A DNA stretch of 25,628 nucleotides from Promethearchaeota archaeon (lineage in GTDB: Archaea; Asgardarchaeota; Lokiarchaeia; Sigyniarchaeales; SOKP01), in assembly GCA_048940925.1 (NCBI GenBank), contig JBHLOC010000057.1, positions 1-25,628 of the forward strand. The letters are read 5' to 3'. Positions 1 to 7,663 of this stretch are shown piece by piece; position 1 is the stretch's first letter; each line of letters begins with the position of its first letter. A program made the position numbers and the translations under genes. The notes under the pieces were generated by a model. The model was not told where the DNA came from and did not search any database. It saw nothing but the letters and a program-made list of their open reading frames with translations.

Positions 1-10
1 AGGTTTAAAT

Positions 11-760
11 CTATCTTTTTTTTTCTCTTTTTAATGTTCTTTTTTCTAAAATCTTGATTGAAAAATTCTCAAGGTCTAATAAAAAGTTGTTTAAATTGTT
101 TTTTTCCATTCTATCTCTTATTGTACAAAACCCAGAGCATTTTCCCCAGTCAAATGGGGTCTCACAATTGTAACAGGTATGTAGAATACCATAGGCATGG
201 TATAGATTTAAAATAACAATTAAAATATTAAAAATAATAAATGCTATTATTGAATTTAAACTCTTTGGATAGGGGAGTTCCATAATCCAAATAAGTAGTA
301 ATGCAGCACCAAGACCAATTAGAAACTTTTGAACAATTTTAACTTTTTTATTTCTAATTAAATTTAAAGGACTGAGAAAAAAAGTTCCTATAAAAATAAC
401 ACTAACTAACAAAAGAAAGTGAGAAGGGATCAATTCATTTATTCTAAAGAAAATCAATAGAGGTAATGCAAGTAAAGCTGTAGGATAACCAATAAAACAA
501 CCAATACAAAATTCTTTTCCTCTAAATTTGATTGTATGTCCTTCGAATTTGTTGCATTCTGGATGATGTCTCAAAAAAATTGGGATAAAACATTTAGTAT
601 ACAAGTAATACTTTCTAAATTTCCCTTTAAATTTAACTGAAACATCACTAGTATTTGAAGTGAGTTCTTCCACTTGATTATTTTTACTGTTAAGTTGTAT
701 TTGATCCACCTCAATATATTTCCACTCTACAATTTCTTTTAAATTGAAACATTGCTCCAA
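11..760 (-). CDS. DUF2085-like membrane protein with Cys/His (probable Zn-binding) motifs
   Basis: HHPEC..HT...RGKEFCIGCFIGY motif, then four hydrophobic TM-length segments and a C-terminal CYNC..CSGFC cluster. The start codon is uncertain. Confidence 0.6.
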   Translation of the reverse strand: MEQCFNLKEIVEWKYIEVDQIQLNSKNNQVEELTSNTSDVSVKFKGKFRKYYLYTKCFIPIFLRHHPECNKFEGHTIKFRGKEFCIGCFIGYPTALLALPLLIFFRINELIPSHFLLLVSVIFIGTFFLSPLNLIRNKKVKIVQKFLIGLGAALLLIWIMELPYPKSLNSIIAFIIFNILIVILNLYHAYGILHTCYNCETPFDWGKCSGFCTIRDRMEKNNLNNFLLDLENFSIKILEKRTLKREKKR

Positions 761-843
761 ATTAAGATAAATTGCAGATTAAAAGTAAAATCTAAGATTT
801 GTAACTATGCTATAATTATTTCATTATTTCATTATTTTCCCTA

Positions 844-1269
844 CTAAATGGGTGAAATCGATCCAATCAATGAATACAAGAAGATCATACTTATAAGCCA
901 GCCTACAAAAGCAATTATTCCAAAAATTAAACCTGCTGTTGCCATTGAAGTATTTTGATCTCGTTTCATACCAAGAGCACCTAAAACAATAGCTATAGGT
1001 CCTAATACTATCCCAAAACAACAACAACCTATTATTCCACATATCAAAGCTGCCGTTCCATATTGAGTTGGTTTTTCAGGATAATATGTTTGTCGATAGG
1101 GTTGGACTTGATATGGTTGTGCTGGTGGTTGTGTTTGATACTGAGGTTCGGGTGATATTTGAGGTTGTGGTTGGGGGACTTCACTTTCCATTAGATTTTT
1201 ACCGCAATTAGGACAAACCCTCCAAGATTCTTCTACTTCATTTCCACATTTTGTACAAAATGGTGACAT
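844..1269 (-). CDS. Zinc-ribbon + P/Q/Y-rich linker + DUF4190-like membrane domain protein
   Basis: FCTKCG-x8-VCPNCG at the N-terminus and a PQPQPQ..QPYQVQPY linker. The C-terminus has AALICGIIG..LGPIAIVLG..G....G...ATAGLIFG-type DUF4190 pattern. Confidence 0.8.
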   Translation of the reverse strand: MSPFCTKCGNEVEESWRVCPNCGKNLMESEVPQPQPQISPEPQYQTQPPAQPYQVQPYRQTYYPEKPTQYGTAALICGIIGCCCFGIVLGPIAIVLGALGMKRDQNTSMATAGLIFGIIAFVGWLISMIFLYSLIGSISPI

Positions 1270-1386
1270 GATATTATAATTTATTACATTTGATAATTTA
1301 AATATTTCATTATCTTGAAGAAATCTTCTTCAAATTAATTAGATGTTATGAGATTGATTTAAATTAAACGAATTTTAAAATCTTTT

Positions 1387-2538
1387 TTACAAGCTTTGAC
1401 CAAGTTCTAGGGTTTGGTCTCTAATCTGGGAATTATTACTAATTTTACAATTTGGGGCAATGATTGCTCTCTCTAAAACTACATTTTCTCCTATTTCACA
1501 ATTATTGCATATTATACTTTCATTAATTATGCAACCTGCTCCTATATTTATATTATCCCATAAAACACTTTTTTCAATTTTCGTATCTTCGCCAATTGAT
1601 ACACTTTGACCTATTGAGGTCAAATCACCTATTTTCACGCGATTCCCAAGCACAACAAATTCCCCAAAACAAGATGGTCTGCCAATACTAATGTTCTGAC
1701 CAGAATTAATTATTCCTTTCACATAAATTCCGTCATATTCTACACCATCAGGTAAAATTGGCCATGCATATTTCCTTAGGAGGTCCCAATTTGCCCATAA
1801 ATAAGTAGTTGAATTTCCCGCGTCCATCCAATAGTAATTTTTTACAAATCCATATAAATCATAATTATTCTCAAGAAGGTATGGAAATAATTCACCACCA
1901 AAATCCATTAAACTTGTTTCATGAAGGATATTCTCAATATTTTTTTTAAAACAATAGATTCCTGTGTTCACTACATTTGTATGAAGAAAAAGATCTGTTC
2001 TTTGAGCCATACTGCTTAAATACAACTCCATGGGTGCTGGTTTCTCTAAGAATAGATATATCTTTCGGTTTTTATCTAAGAGTACAACTCCATATTGAGA
2101 AATATGACTTTCAACAGTTTTCATTGAAATAGTAGCTAAACCATCTTTTTCAGAATGAAAACTCATAAAATCTTTCATTGGAAGATTAGTAACAATATCA
2201 GCCATACTCACTACTACGTTTTCAGAGTCTATGCGATCTGTTAATAGTCTATATGCATCAGCTGTGCCTTTACTATCTTGAATTGCCCATTCTAATTCGA
2301 CATCTCCCAGTTTATCGGGAGTCCAAGTTTTTTCTACATATTCTTTTAATTTCTCGCCTCCATGAGCTAATGCAAGAATAATATACTTTATATCAGCATA
2401 TACTAAATGAGCAATTGCATAATCTACCATTGGCACATTAGTAACTTTTACTAACGGCTTGGGAATTAAAGAGGTCAAAGGCATTAAGCGTTTACCTTTA
2501 CCGCCAGCTAAGATTATTGCAGACCATTCACGAGGCAT
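1387..2538 (-). CDS. NDP-sugar pyrophosphorylase (mannose-1-P guanylyltransferase/GlgC-like) with C-terminal left-handed beta-helix
   Basis: AIILAGGKGKRLMPLT..PKPLV, GTADA, YGVV..FLEKP, NTGIYCF, DFGGELFP and YWMDAG motifs, followed by hexapeptide repeats. Confidence 0.88.
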   Translation of the reverse strand: MPREWSAIILAGGKGKRLMPLTSLIPKPLVKVTNVPMVDYAIAHLVYADIKYIILALAHGGEKLKEYVEKTWTPDKLGDVELEWAIQDSKGTADAYRLLTDRIDSENVVVSMADIVTNLPMKDFMSFHSEKDGLATISMKTVESHISQYGVVLLDKNRKIYLFLEKPAPMELYLSSMAQRTDLFLHTNVVNTGIYCFKKNIENILHETSLMDFGGELFPYLLENNYDLYGFVKNYYWMDAGNSTTYLWANWDLLRKYAWPILPDGVEYDGIYVKGIINSGQNISIGRPSCFGEFVVLGNRVKIGDLTSIGQSVSIGEDTKIEKSVLWDNINIGAGCIINESIICNNCEIGENVVLERAIIAPNCKISNNSQIRDQTLELGQSL

Positions 2539-2676
2539 TATATATTAATTTTACAATTGAAAAAGATAAAATGTGAATTCATCGAGTAAATACACATTAT
2601 ATATAAACATATACAACAGATATAAATCTAATTTTATTTACTTTAAAAAACTTATCAATTTATTGGAAAGAGAGTT

Positions 2677-3909
2677 TTAATTGAGATATTTTTGCAAAGA
2701 ATCTCTAATTTCTTTCGCTGCAATATGTGGTAGTTTCCTAGCTACTCGCATATCATCAGCCATTTCTGCCCCACCAATTATTTCATGAGGGATTATATCT
2801 GCAAATAAGTGAAAATCAGCATCATACCCAAAAGGACAGCTATTAAATAGGATATTACGATTTCTATCTATTTCTATATCATCCAAAGCTTGAAAAATAA
2901 TTTTTAATGAATAAGCCAAGTCGTTTATTTGATTAATCTTTAATTGAGAAAAACGTCGAATATGCTCATTAGGATGAAAGCGAATGTGGTAATTTCTTAC
3001 GGGACTACCCGTGGTGTAAAATGTCCAAAATTCAGTTTCTAATATGATTCTATCCGTACCCCCATGTGTTGTTTTACATAGATGACAATCATTTCCCATT
3101 TCTTTAAAAGCTCTAAGATGTCCTTCTAAACGACTCCCATGGCCATCCATGTTTAGATCAATATATGTTTGACTATGAATTCGAGGTTGGGAACCACCGA
3201 CTTTAGATCCTATATTAAAAAATGGCATGACAGGGATATCATAGTAGTCTTTATTGATTGCTTCTTCAATACAATAAAGAATTGCTGTTTTCATAGAAAC
3301 AAAAATAGCTGATAAAATCTCTTCAGGAATTAATTCAAAACATAAGGAAGGAAAAAAATGTCTTGAAATGCTCACTAAGTTTATCCCTTTTGAGAGTTTT
3401 AAATGAGAAGGTAATATTTCTAACGCATATTTCTCTACTTCTGGATCTACTATCCTTGCCATTGAGGGATATCTATTAATTAATGTAATTGCTTTACTTG
3501 ATTCAGGAATTCTCTCTATTCGATGGGGTGCACCTGAAAAAGGATGATCACGTTTTATTTCATCTTGTGTAATTATTATTGTGTATCCATCACCAATTAA
3601 TGTACCACCATCATCATAAATGGGTTTACCTTCTGTAACTGCTGTAAATACATCTTCATGCTTTCTAATTACTCTCTTAGAACAATCCTGTAATTCTTTT
3701 TCTTCTTCAATAGTTTTAAATCCTCGCGGTCTACTACCTCTTATTGGGCTAATATAAGAATAATGACCATAATATCGTATACGCTCCTTACGAAGTCCAA
3801 AATCTTCAGTAGTAATTTTTATTGTTGAAAGAGGATCCCACCGTTTAATTGGTAAATCAAAAGTAGTCTTATCCTTAAAGTTTTCTTTATTGATAATGCC
3901 CCACTCCAT
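2677..3909 (-). CDS. GalT/HIT-superfamily nucleotidyltransferase (galactose-1-P uridylyltransferase-like), divergent
   Basis: NRYP, FFNIG...GGSQPRIHSQ (GalT HxHxQ motif with R at the first position), CHLC Zn site, FHLFADIIP and GGAEM. The true start may be ATT at 3960. Confidence 0.72.
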   Translation of the reverse strand: MEWGIINKENFKDKTTFDLPIKRWDPLSTIKITTEDFGLRKERIRYYGHYSYISPIRGSRPRGFKTIEEEKELQDCSKRVIRKHEDVFTAVTEGKPIYDDGGTLIGDGYTIIITQDEIKRDHPFSGAPHRIERIPESSKAITLINRYPSMARIVDPEVEKYALEILPSHLKLSKGINLVSISRHFFPSLCFELIPEEILSAIFVSMKTAILYCIEEAINKDYYDIPVMPFFNIGSKVGGSQPRIHSQTYIDLNMDGHGSRLEGHLRAFKEMGNDCHLCKTTHGGTDRIILETEFWTFYTTGSPVRNYHIRFHPNEHIRRFSQLKINQINDLAYSLKIIFQALDDIEIDRNRNILFNSCPFGYDADFHLFADIIPHEIIGGAEMADDMRVARKLPHIAAKEIRDSLQKYLN

Positions 3910-4361
3910 GAATTTAGCTTTATATGTTTCCTGATTATCAATTTCTTTTTTAGCAGGAATAAAAAATCACATCTTCCTTTTTTTATTTAGATTTTATAAG
4001 TATTATTTCAATGCAATATATTTATTATTGTTCTTTATTATGAATCACAAATGAGAGATATTTTGAAAATATATTAATATGTCTTAAACTTAGCAGTTTA
4101 TTAGTTCACTTAAGATATTTTGTTCATTAATGAAAAAATCATAAAGCTAAAAAAAATAACGAACCTGTGATTCTGACTTTTATAAATAAAGAAACTGATC
4201 TTGTCTAAGAATTTTTCTTCTTTCCTATTTTTTTTGGAATACCATCTTTTGTATTGTATTTTCTCGGATTCATTATAAAAAATATTGAATCATTGCGTTT
4301 GCTTTAATTATAATTATATTTCCTAAGCTTCTTATAATCTTATTCTCTTTGATCTTTTTTC

Positions 4362-5207
4362 TCATTTTTTGGGTTTTAGTTTTTCAATTTCCGCTTTCAC
4401 ATTTTGTATCTCATCTTCTAATCTTTTAAGTTCTTTTTTTGATGAGTGTTTTTCAGCCTTTAAGAGTTTCATTTTGTGTTCGAGATGTCTTATATATGTA
4501 ATTAAATAGTCGACATCTTTCTTTGAGTGTTTTCTCTTCCTTTTAGTATGGGGAGATCGTTTTGGCGGAAATGGAAAACCAAGTTTATCTTTTATGGAGT
4601 AAGGGTGGTCTATATGAGGAGTATGGCGTGGGATTTGAGGTTCTAAATCAACTTTAATTTCATCTATATCCTCGTTCTCTAGAATTTTTATGATTTTCTT
4701 GAACATTTCTCTTAGATTTTCTCTTGTTTTTAGAGATATTTCAATTGATTCTGTGATATTATTAGTATTTTTGAAATCATCTACTTGTTTTCTGGTAACA
4801 TCTCGATTTTTTTCTAAATCTATTTTATTTCCTATTAATAATATTGGATGCTCATGTCCTATTTCATTTTTTATTTCTTTCAAGAATTCAGAGAGATTGT
4901 CTAAGGATTTTCGGTTGGTGATATCATATAACAAGATAGTTAGATTTGAGCCTCGAATGTAAACCCTCCAGTTAATTCTATTACATATATCATCACTAAG
5001 CATCCAAAATTGTAATTTTATTATTTTATCTCCATTAATAACAACACTTTTAGAAAAAAAATCAACACCGATTGTCATTGTCAAATCTTTATCAAAATAT
5101 GATACCAGATATTTAGTTACGAGCGCATTTTTGCCTACATCTTTACCTCCAAACACACTTATTTTATATCTTTTATGATAAGTCCTCATATATTTCGCTT
5201 TATTCAT
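4362..5207 (-). CDS. Rab-like small GTPase with degenerate G1/G3, plus basic segment and C-terminal coiled coil
   Basis: YKISVFGGKDVGKN (G1), TIGVDF (Rab switch I), KLQFWMLSDD (G3 position), YDIT, GNKID (G4) and EISLK (G5). Heptad repeat at aa 235-277. Confidence 0.85.
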   Translation of the reverse strand: MNKAKYMRTYHKRYKISVFGGKDVGKNALVTKYLVSYFDKDLTMTIGVDFFSKSVVINGDKIIKLQFWMLSDDICNRINWRVYIRGSNLTILLYDITNRKSLDNLSEFLKEIKNEIGHEHPILLIGNKIDLEKNRDVTRKQVDDFKNTNNITESIEISLKTRENLREMFKKIIKILENEDIDEIKVDLEPQIPRHTPHIDHPYSIKDKLGFPFPPKRSPHTKRKRKHSKKDVDYLITYIRHLEHKMKLLKAEKHSSKKELKRLEDEIQNVKAEIEKLKPKK

Positions 5208-5359
5208 TATCTTGTCTTTTGGTGATTTTTCACACTTAGATTAATTTGTTCTATTGATTTCAGTACATAATTTTATCTATTCAGTGTTAAAGATTCAAAT
5301 TTGTTATTTAAATGTATTGTAATTTTTTATTTATAAATGATGGATTAATCTGCTATTGT

Positions 5360-5560
5360 GGGTATTAAAAATGAAGAGAGAATACGAGGCGAGCAAGTAT
5401 TCTTCTGCTTGCAAAGGGAAGGATGGAAGTCCGAGTTGAATCAAGGAAGTCTACGGAAAATGACTAAAACATCTAAAATATTATACTGGTTTTTGGATCC
5501 TGCTTTCTCTTTCAACTTTTTTAGTGAAAGGAAAGTTTAATCTCATAGCGAAGCACTATA
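5360..5560. ncRNA. Putative structured non-coding RNA / cis-element (unclassified)
   Basis: GC-richer than neighbouring intergenic DNA and contains several stems (see findings). TTTATAAA lies at 5330-5337 and a T6 tract at 5517-5522 on the + strand. Confidence 0.3.
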
Positions 5561-5587
5561 GGACTATTGCTAATTCTAGTTTGTTGG

Positions 5588-5629
5588 AAAAAAATAAAAA
5601 AATAAAAGGGGGAAAGAAGGCTCCCTTCC
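5588..5629 (-). terminator. Hairpin + U-tract terminator of the RHH gene
   Basis: On the minus strand, GGAAGG-GAG-CCTTCT is followed by long T runs (the + strand A runs at 5588-5607), starting 24 nt after the RHH stop. Confidence 0.55.
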
Positions 5630-5652
5630 AAATCCTAAAATCTATCGAACAA

Positions 5653-5943
5653 TTATAATTCTAAACGTTTTATTATTTTGTAAGTTTTAAACTCACGTAC
5701 AGGTTCATTATTCTTATTTACTTTTTCAATAGGTACTCTTACATAGTTTTTATCATCAAAATTTTCAGTTTGGGATTCTTTATACTTAATCATCTGATTT
5801 GCTCTTTTTAATTCTTTTATTAAGAAATCTCTCACAGCACAACGAATTAGCTCGGATCTCGAAGGATATAATCCATCCTCTCCAATTAGCCTTTCAATAC
5901 TATCAAGATAGGATTCAGGAATGTTAACTGTTACTATTTTCAT
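5653..5943 (-). CDS. Ribbon-helix-helix (CopG/Arc/MetJ family) transcriptional regulator
   Basis: MKIVTVNIPESYLDSIERLI..GLYPSRSELIRCAVRDFL is a classic RHH pattern. An SD-like GAGAGTGAT lies 3 nt before the ATG. Confidence 0.92.
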   Translation of the reverse strand: MKIVTVNIPESYLDSIERLIGEDGLYPSRSELIRCAVRDFLIKELKRANQMIKYKESQTENFDDKNYVRVPIEKVNKNNEPVREFKTYKIIKRLEL

Positions 5944-5967
5944 GCGATCACTCTCTGAGTATTTTTA

Positions 5968-5992
5968 ATGCCGAAAATCAAATATTCGGCAT
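5968..5992. promoter_or_regulatory. Inverted repeat ATGCCGAA-N9-TTCGGCAT in the RHH leader (operator or 5'UTR hairpin)
   Basis: Perfect 8-bp arms at 5968-5975 and 5985-5992, located 25-49 nt upstream of the RHH start codon. Confidence 0.55.
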
Positions 5993-6045
5993 AATGTCTA
6001 AAGCCGTTTATTAAAACAATCGCCTTAAACCACAAATTTTTTTTG

Positions 6046-6053
6046 TATATAAA
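6046..6053 (-). promoter_or_regulatory. Putative TATA box (TTTATATA) of the RHH gene
   Basis: Archaeal TATA consensus about 100 nt upstream of the ATG, implying a leader of about 80 nt. Confidence 0.4.
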
Positions 6054-6446
6054 CTGTTATTATATTTTACTATTTAAAGATTTTCTTTTACTCGGTTAAT
6101 ACTTTAAAAATAGTTCGAGCATTACTATTATGTCATATCTTAAATAACTTGTAAATTAATTTTCAGTTAATAAATTTAAAATTCTGCTCAACTGCTCAAA
6201 TTTTAACAGCATTTCATATATCTATCTATATATATTAATATGTATGAACGTTGTTATAAAAAAGTAAAATTAACCTCAAACAAATAACTATAAAACTTGA
6301 GAAAATATAAATAATGTTTATTTTAAACTATTTTTTAATATAAATAGTCAATGGTTTGATTAAAAATCCTCACTTAATAGTATTAATTCTCACTTTTCAT
6401 TTTTTCTTTTAACTATTGATATTAGGAATATATTTATTCGAATCTT

Positions 6447-7499
6447 TTAATATTCTTCCTCTAGGTTCACAACATTAATAAAATCTTCTCGCCCTTGAGC
6501 CATTCGAGTTATATTTTCAATTAGTTCATTCCATCGTATTAAATCATTAAAAGGTGAATATCCTCTATGTGGTGAGAGAATAATATTATCAAGGGTATGA
6601 AATGGAAATGTAAAAGGATATTTTTTACCTTCTTTATTGCTTAGAGGAGTATAGTTGTACCACACATCAATTGCTGCTCCTTGTATTATCTTATCTTTTA
6701 AACATTGGTATAGACTTTCCTCATCAATAATGTCTCCTCTACTTACATTTACAAGTAATCCTTGAGAACCTAAAAGTTTTAATTCTTTTTTAGCAATTAT
6801 CTTTTTAGTCAGTGAAGTTAATGGGATAGCGATTAATAAAGTATCAACATATTCAAGAAATTCATTAAGTTGGGAGAATTTGTATTTCTTTATATTTGAG
6901 GAAAGATTTTCTTCTTGTTTTTCCCAATGTTTTCTTAAAATGGAAAATTCAACATCAAATCCACTTAAAAATCGGTGAACTTTTTGATTTATTGCCCCGT
7001 AACCCAGTAATCCAACCTTTCTATTTCTTAATGGAATAGATTCAGCATCATCATCTCCAGTTCTCCATTTACCTTGCTTCATCCACTCATGATGTTGTAT
7101 TACTTTATTCATCAGAGTTAATAAAAGTGCTACTGTATGTTGAGCAACAAAATATGAATTTCCATGACTATTGATTAGCAATATTTTCCTTTCTCTATTT
7201 ACATTTCTAAAGAGATCTATAATATGTTGAACACCAGCTCCAGGATTAATGAATAATTTAAGATTTTCAGCTTTTCTTAAAATCTCTTTAGTTGGGCGCC
7301 ATCCTATCAAAATATCTGCTTTTGGAACAACATTCAATAAATTATCTTTCGATTTATCTTCTCGAAAAATAATTTCAACATTATTCAGAGAATTTAATTT
7401 GTCAATTAAATATTTTTTAGCTTGTGTGGAAATTCTGGAAATGAAACATACAGTTACTATTTTATCCGAATTATTACCAAAAAAATTTGAATCCTTCAT
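6447..7499 (-). CDS. D-isomer-specific 2-hydroxyacid dehydrogenase family protein
   Basis: PGAGVQHI, NSHGNS..VAQH, KVGLLGYGAIN, IPLTSLT, LVNVSRG.IIDE, AAIDVW and ILSPHRG motifs. Confidence 0.92.
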   Translation of the reverse strand: MKDSNFFGNNSDKIVTVCFISRISTQAKKYLIDKLNSLNNVEIIFREDKSKDNLLNVVPKADILIGWRPTKEILRKAENLKLFINPGAGVQHIIDLFRNVNRERKILLINSHGNSYFVAQHTVALLLTLMNKVIQHHEWMKQGKWRTGDDDAESIPLRNRKVGLLGYGAINQKVHRFLSGFDVEFSILRKHWEKQEENLSSNIKKYKFSQLNEFLEYVDTLLIAIPLTSLTKKIIAKKELKLLGSQGLLVNVSRGDIIDEESLYQCLKDKIIQGAAIDVWYNYTPLSNKEGKKYPFTFPFHTLDNIILSPHRGYSPFNDLIRWNELIENITRMAQGREDFINVVNLEEEY

Positions 7500-7586
7500 A
7501 GTTCCGGATTGTTATAATAATTTCCTACTAATTAAAGAAGAGCCATTTCTTTAATTCTACTATATATTTCTTAATTCAAATAAATT

Positions 7587-7631
7587 TTTATATACATTTC
7601 GTTTCTTTCTTTCTAAGAAAGAATTTATATA
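7587..7631. promoter_or_regulatory. Back-to-back promoters with central palindrome TTCTTTCT-A-AGAAAGAA
   Basis: TATATAAA on the minus strand at 7594-7587, an 8-1-8 inverted repeat at 7607-7623, and TTTATATA on the plus strand at 7624-7631. Confidence 0.45.
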
Positions 7632-7663
7632 TCAAAATTATTAAGAAAGAAGGTATAGAGAAT

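Noticed and set aside
824-1042. 72-aa ORF overlapping the DUF4190-like gene on the same strand
   Set aside because: Alternate-frame shadow of a well-supported gene.
5421-5435. GGATGGAAGTCCGAG resembles the RNase P RNA CR-I motif (GAGGAAAGUCC)
   Set aside because: No complementary P4 3' strand or CR-V motif downstream, and the region is too AT-rich.
5358-5540. 60-aa ORF on the + strand (GTG start)
   Set aside because: No recognisable motif or SD, and it lies in a purine-rich structured region where stops are scarce. Not called as a CDS, though not excluded.
5337-5560. Possible C/D-box sRNA (ATGATGG near 5337)
   Set aside because: The C box is imperfect and no CTGA D box follows.
5371-5658. 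95-codon frame interrupted only by two TGA codons (5437, 5461), suggesting a selenoprotein
   Set aside because: The TGAs are not in a redox-type (CxxU/UxxC) context, I see no SECIS, and the 3' part simply reads through the antisense of the RHH terminator.
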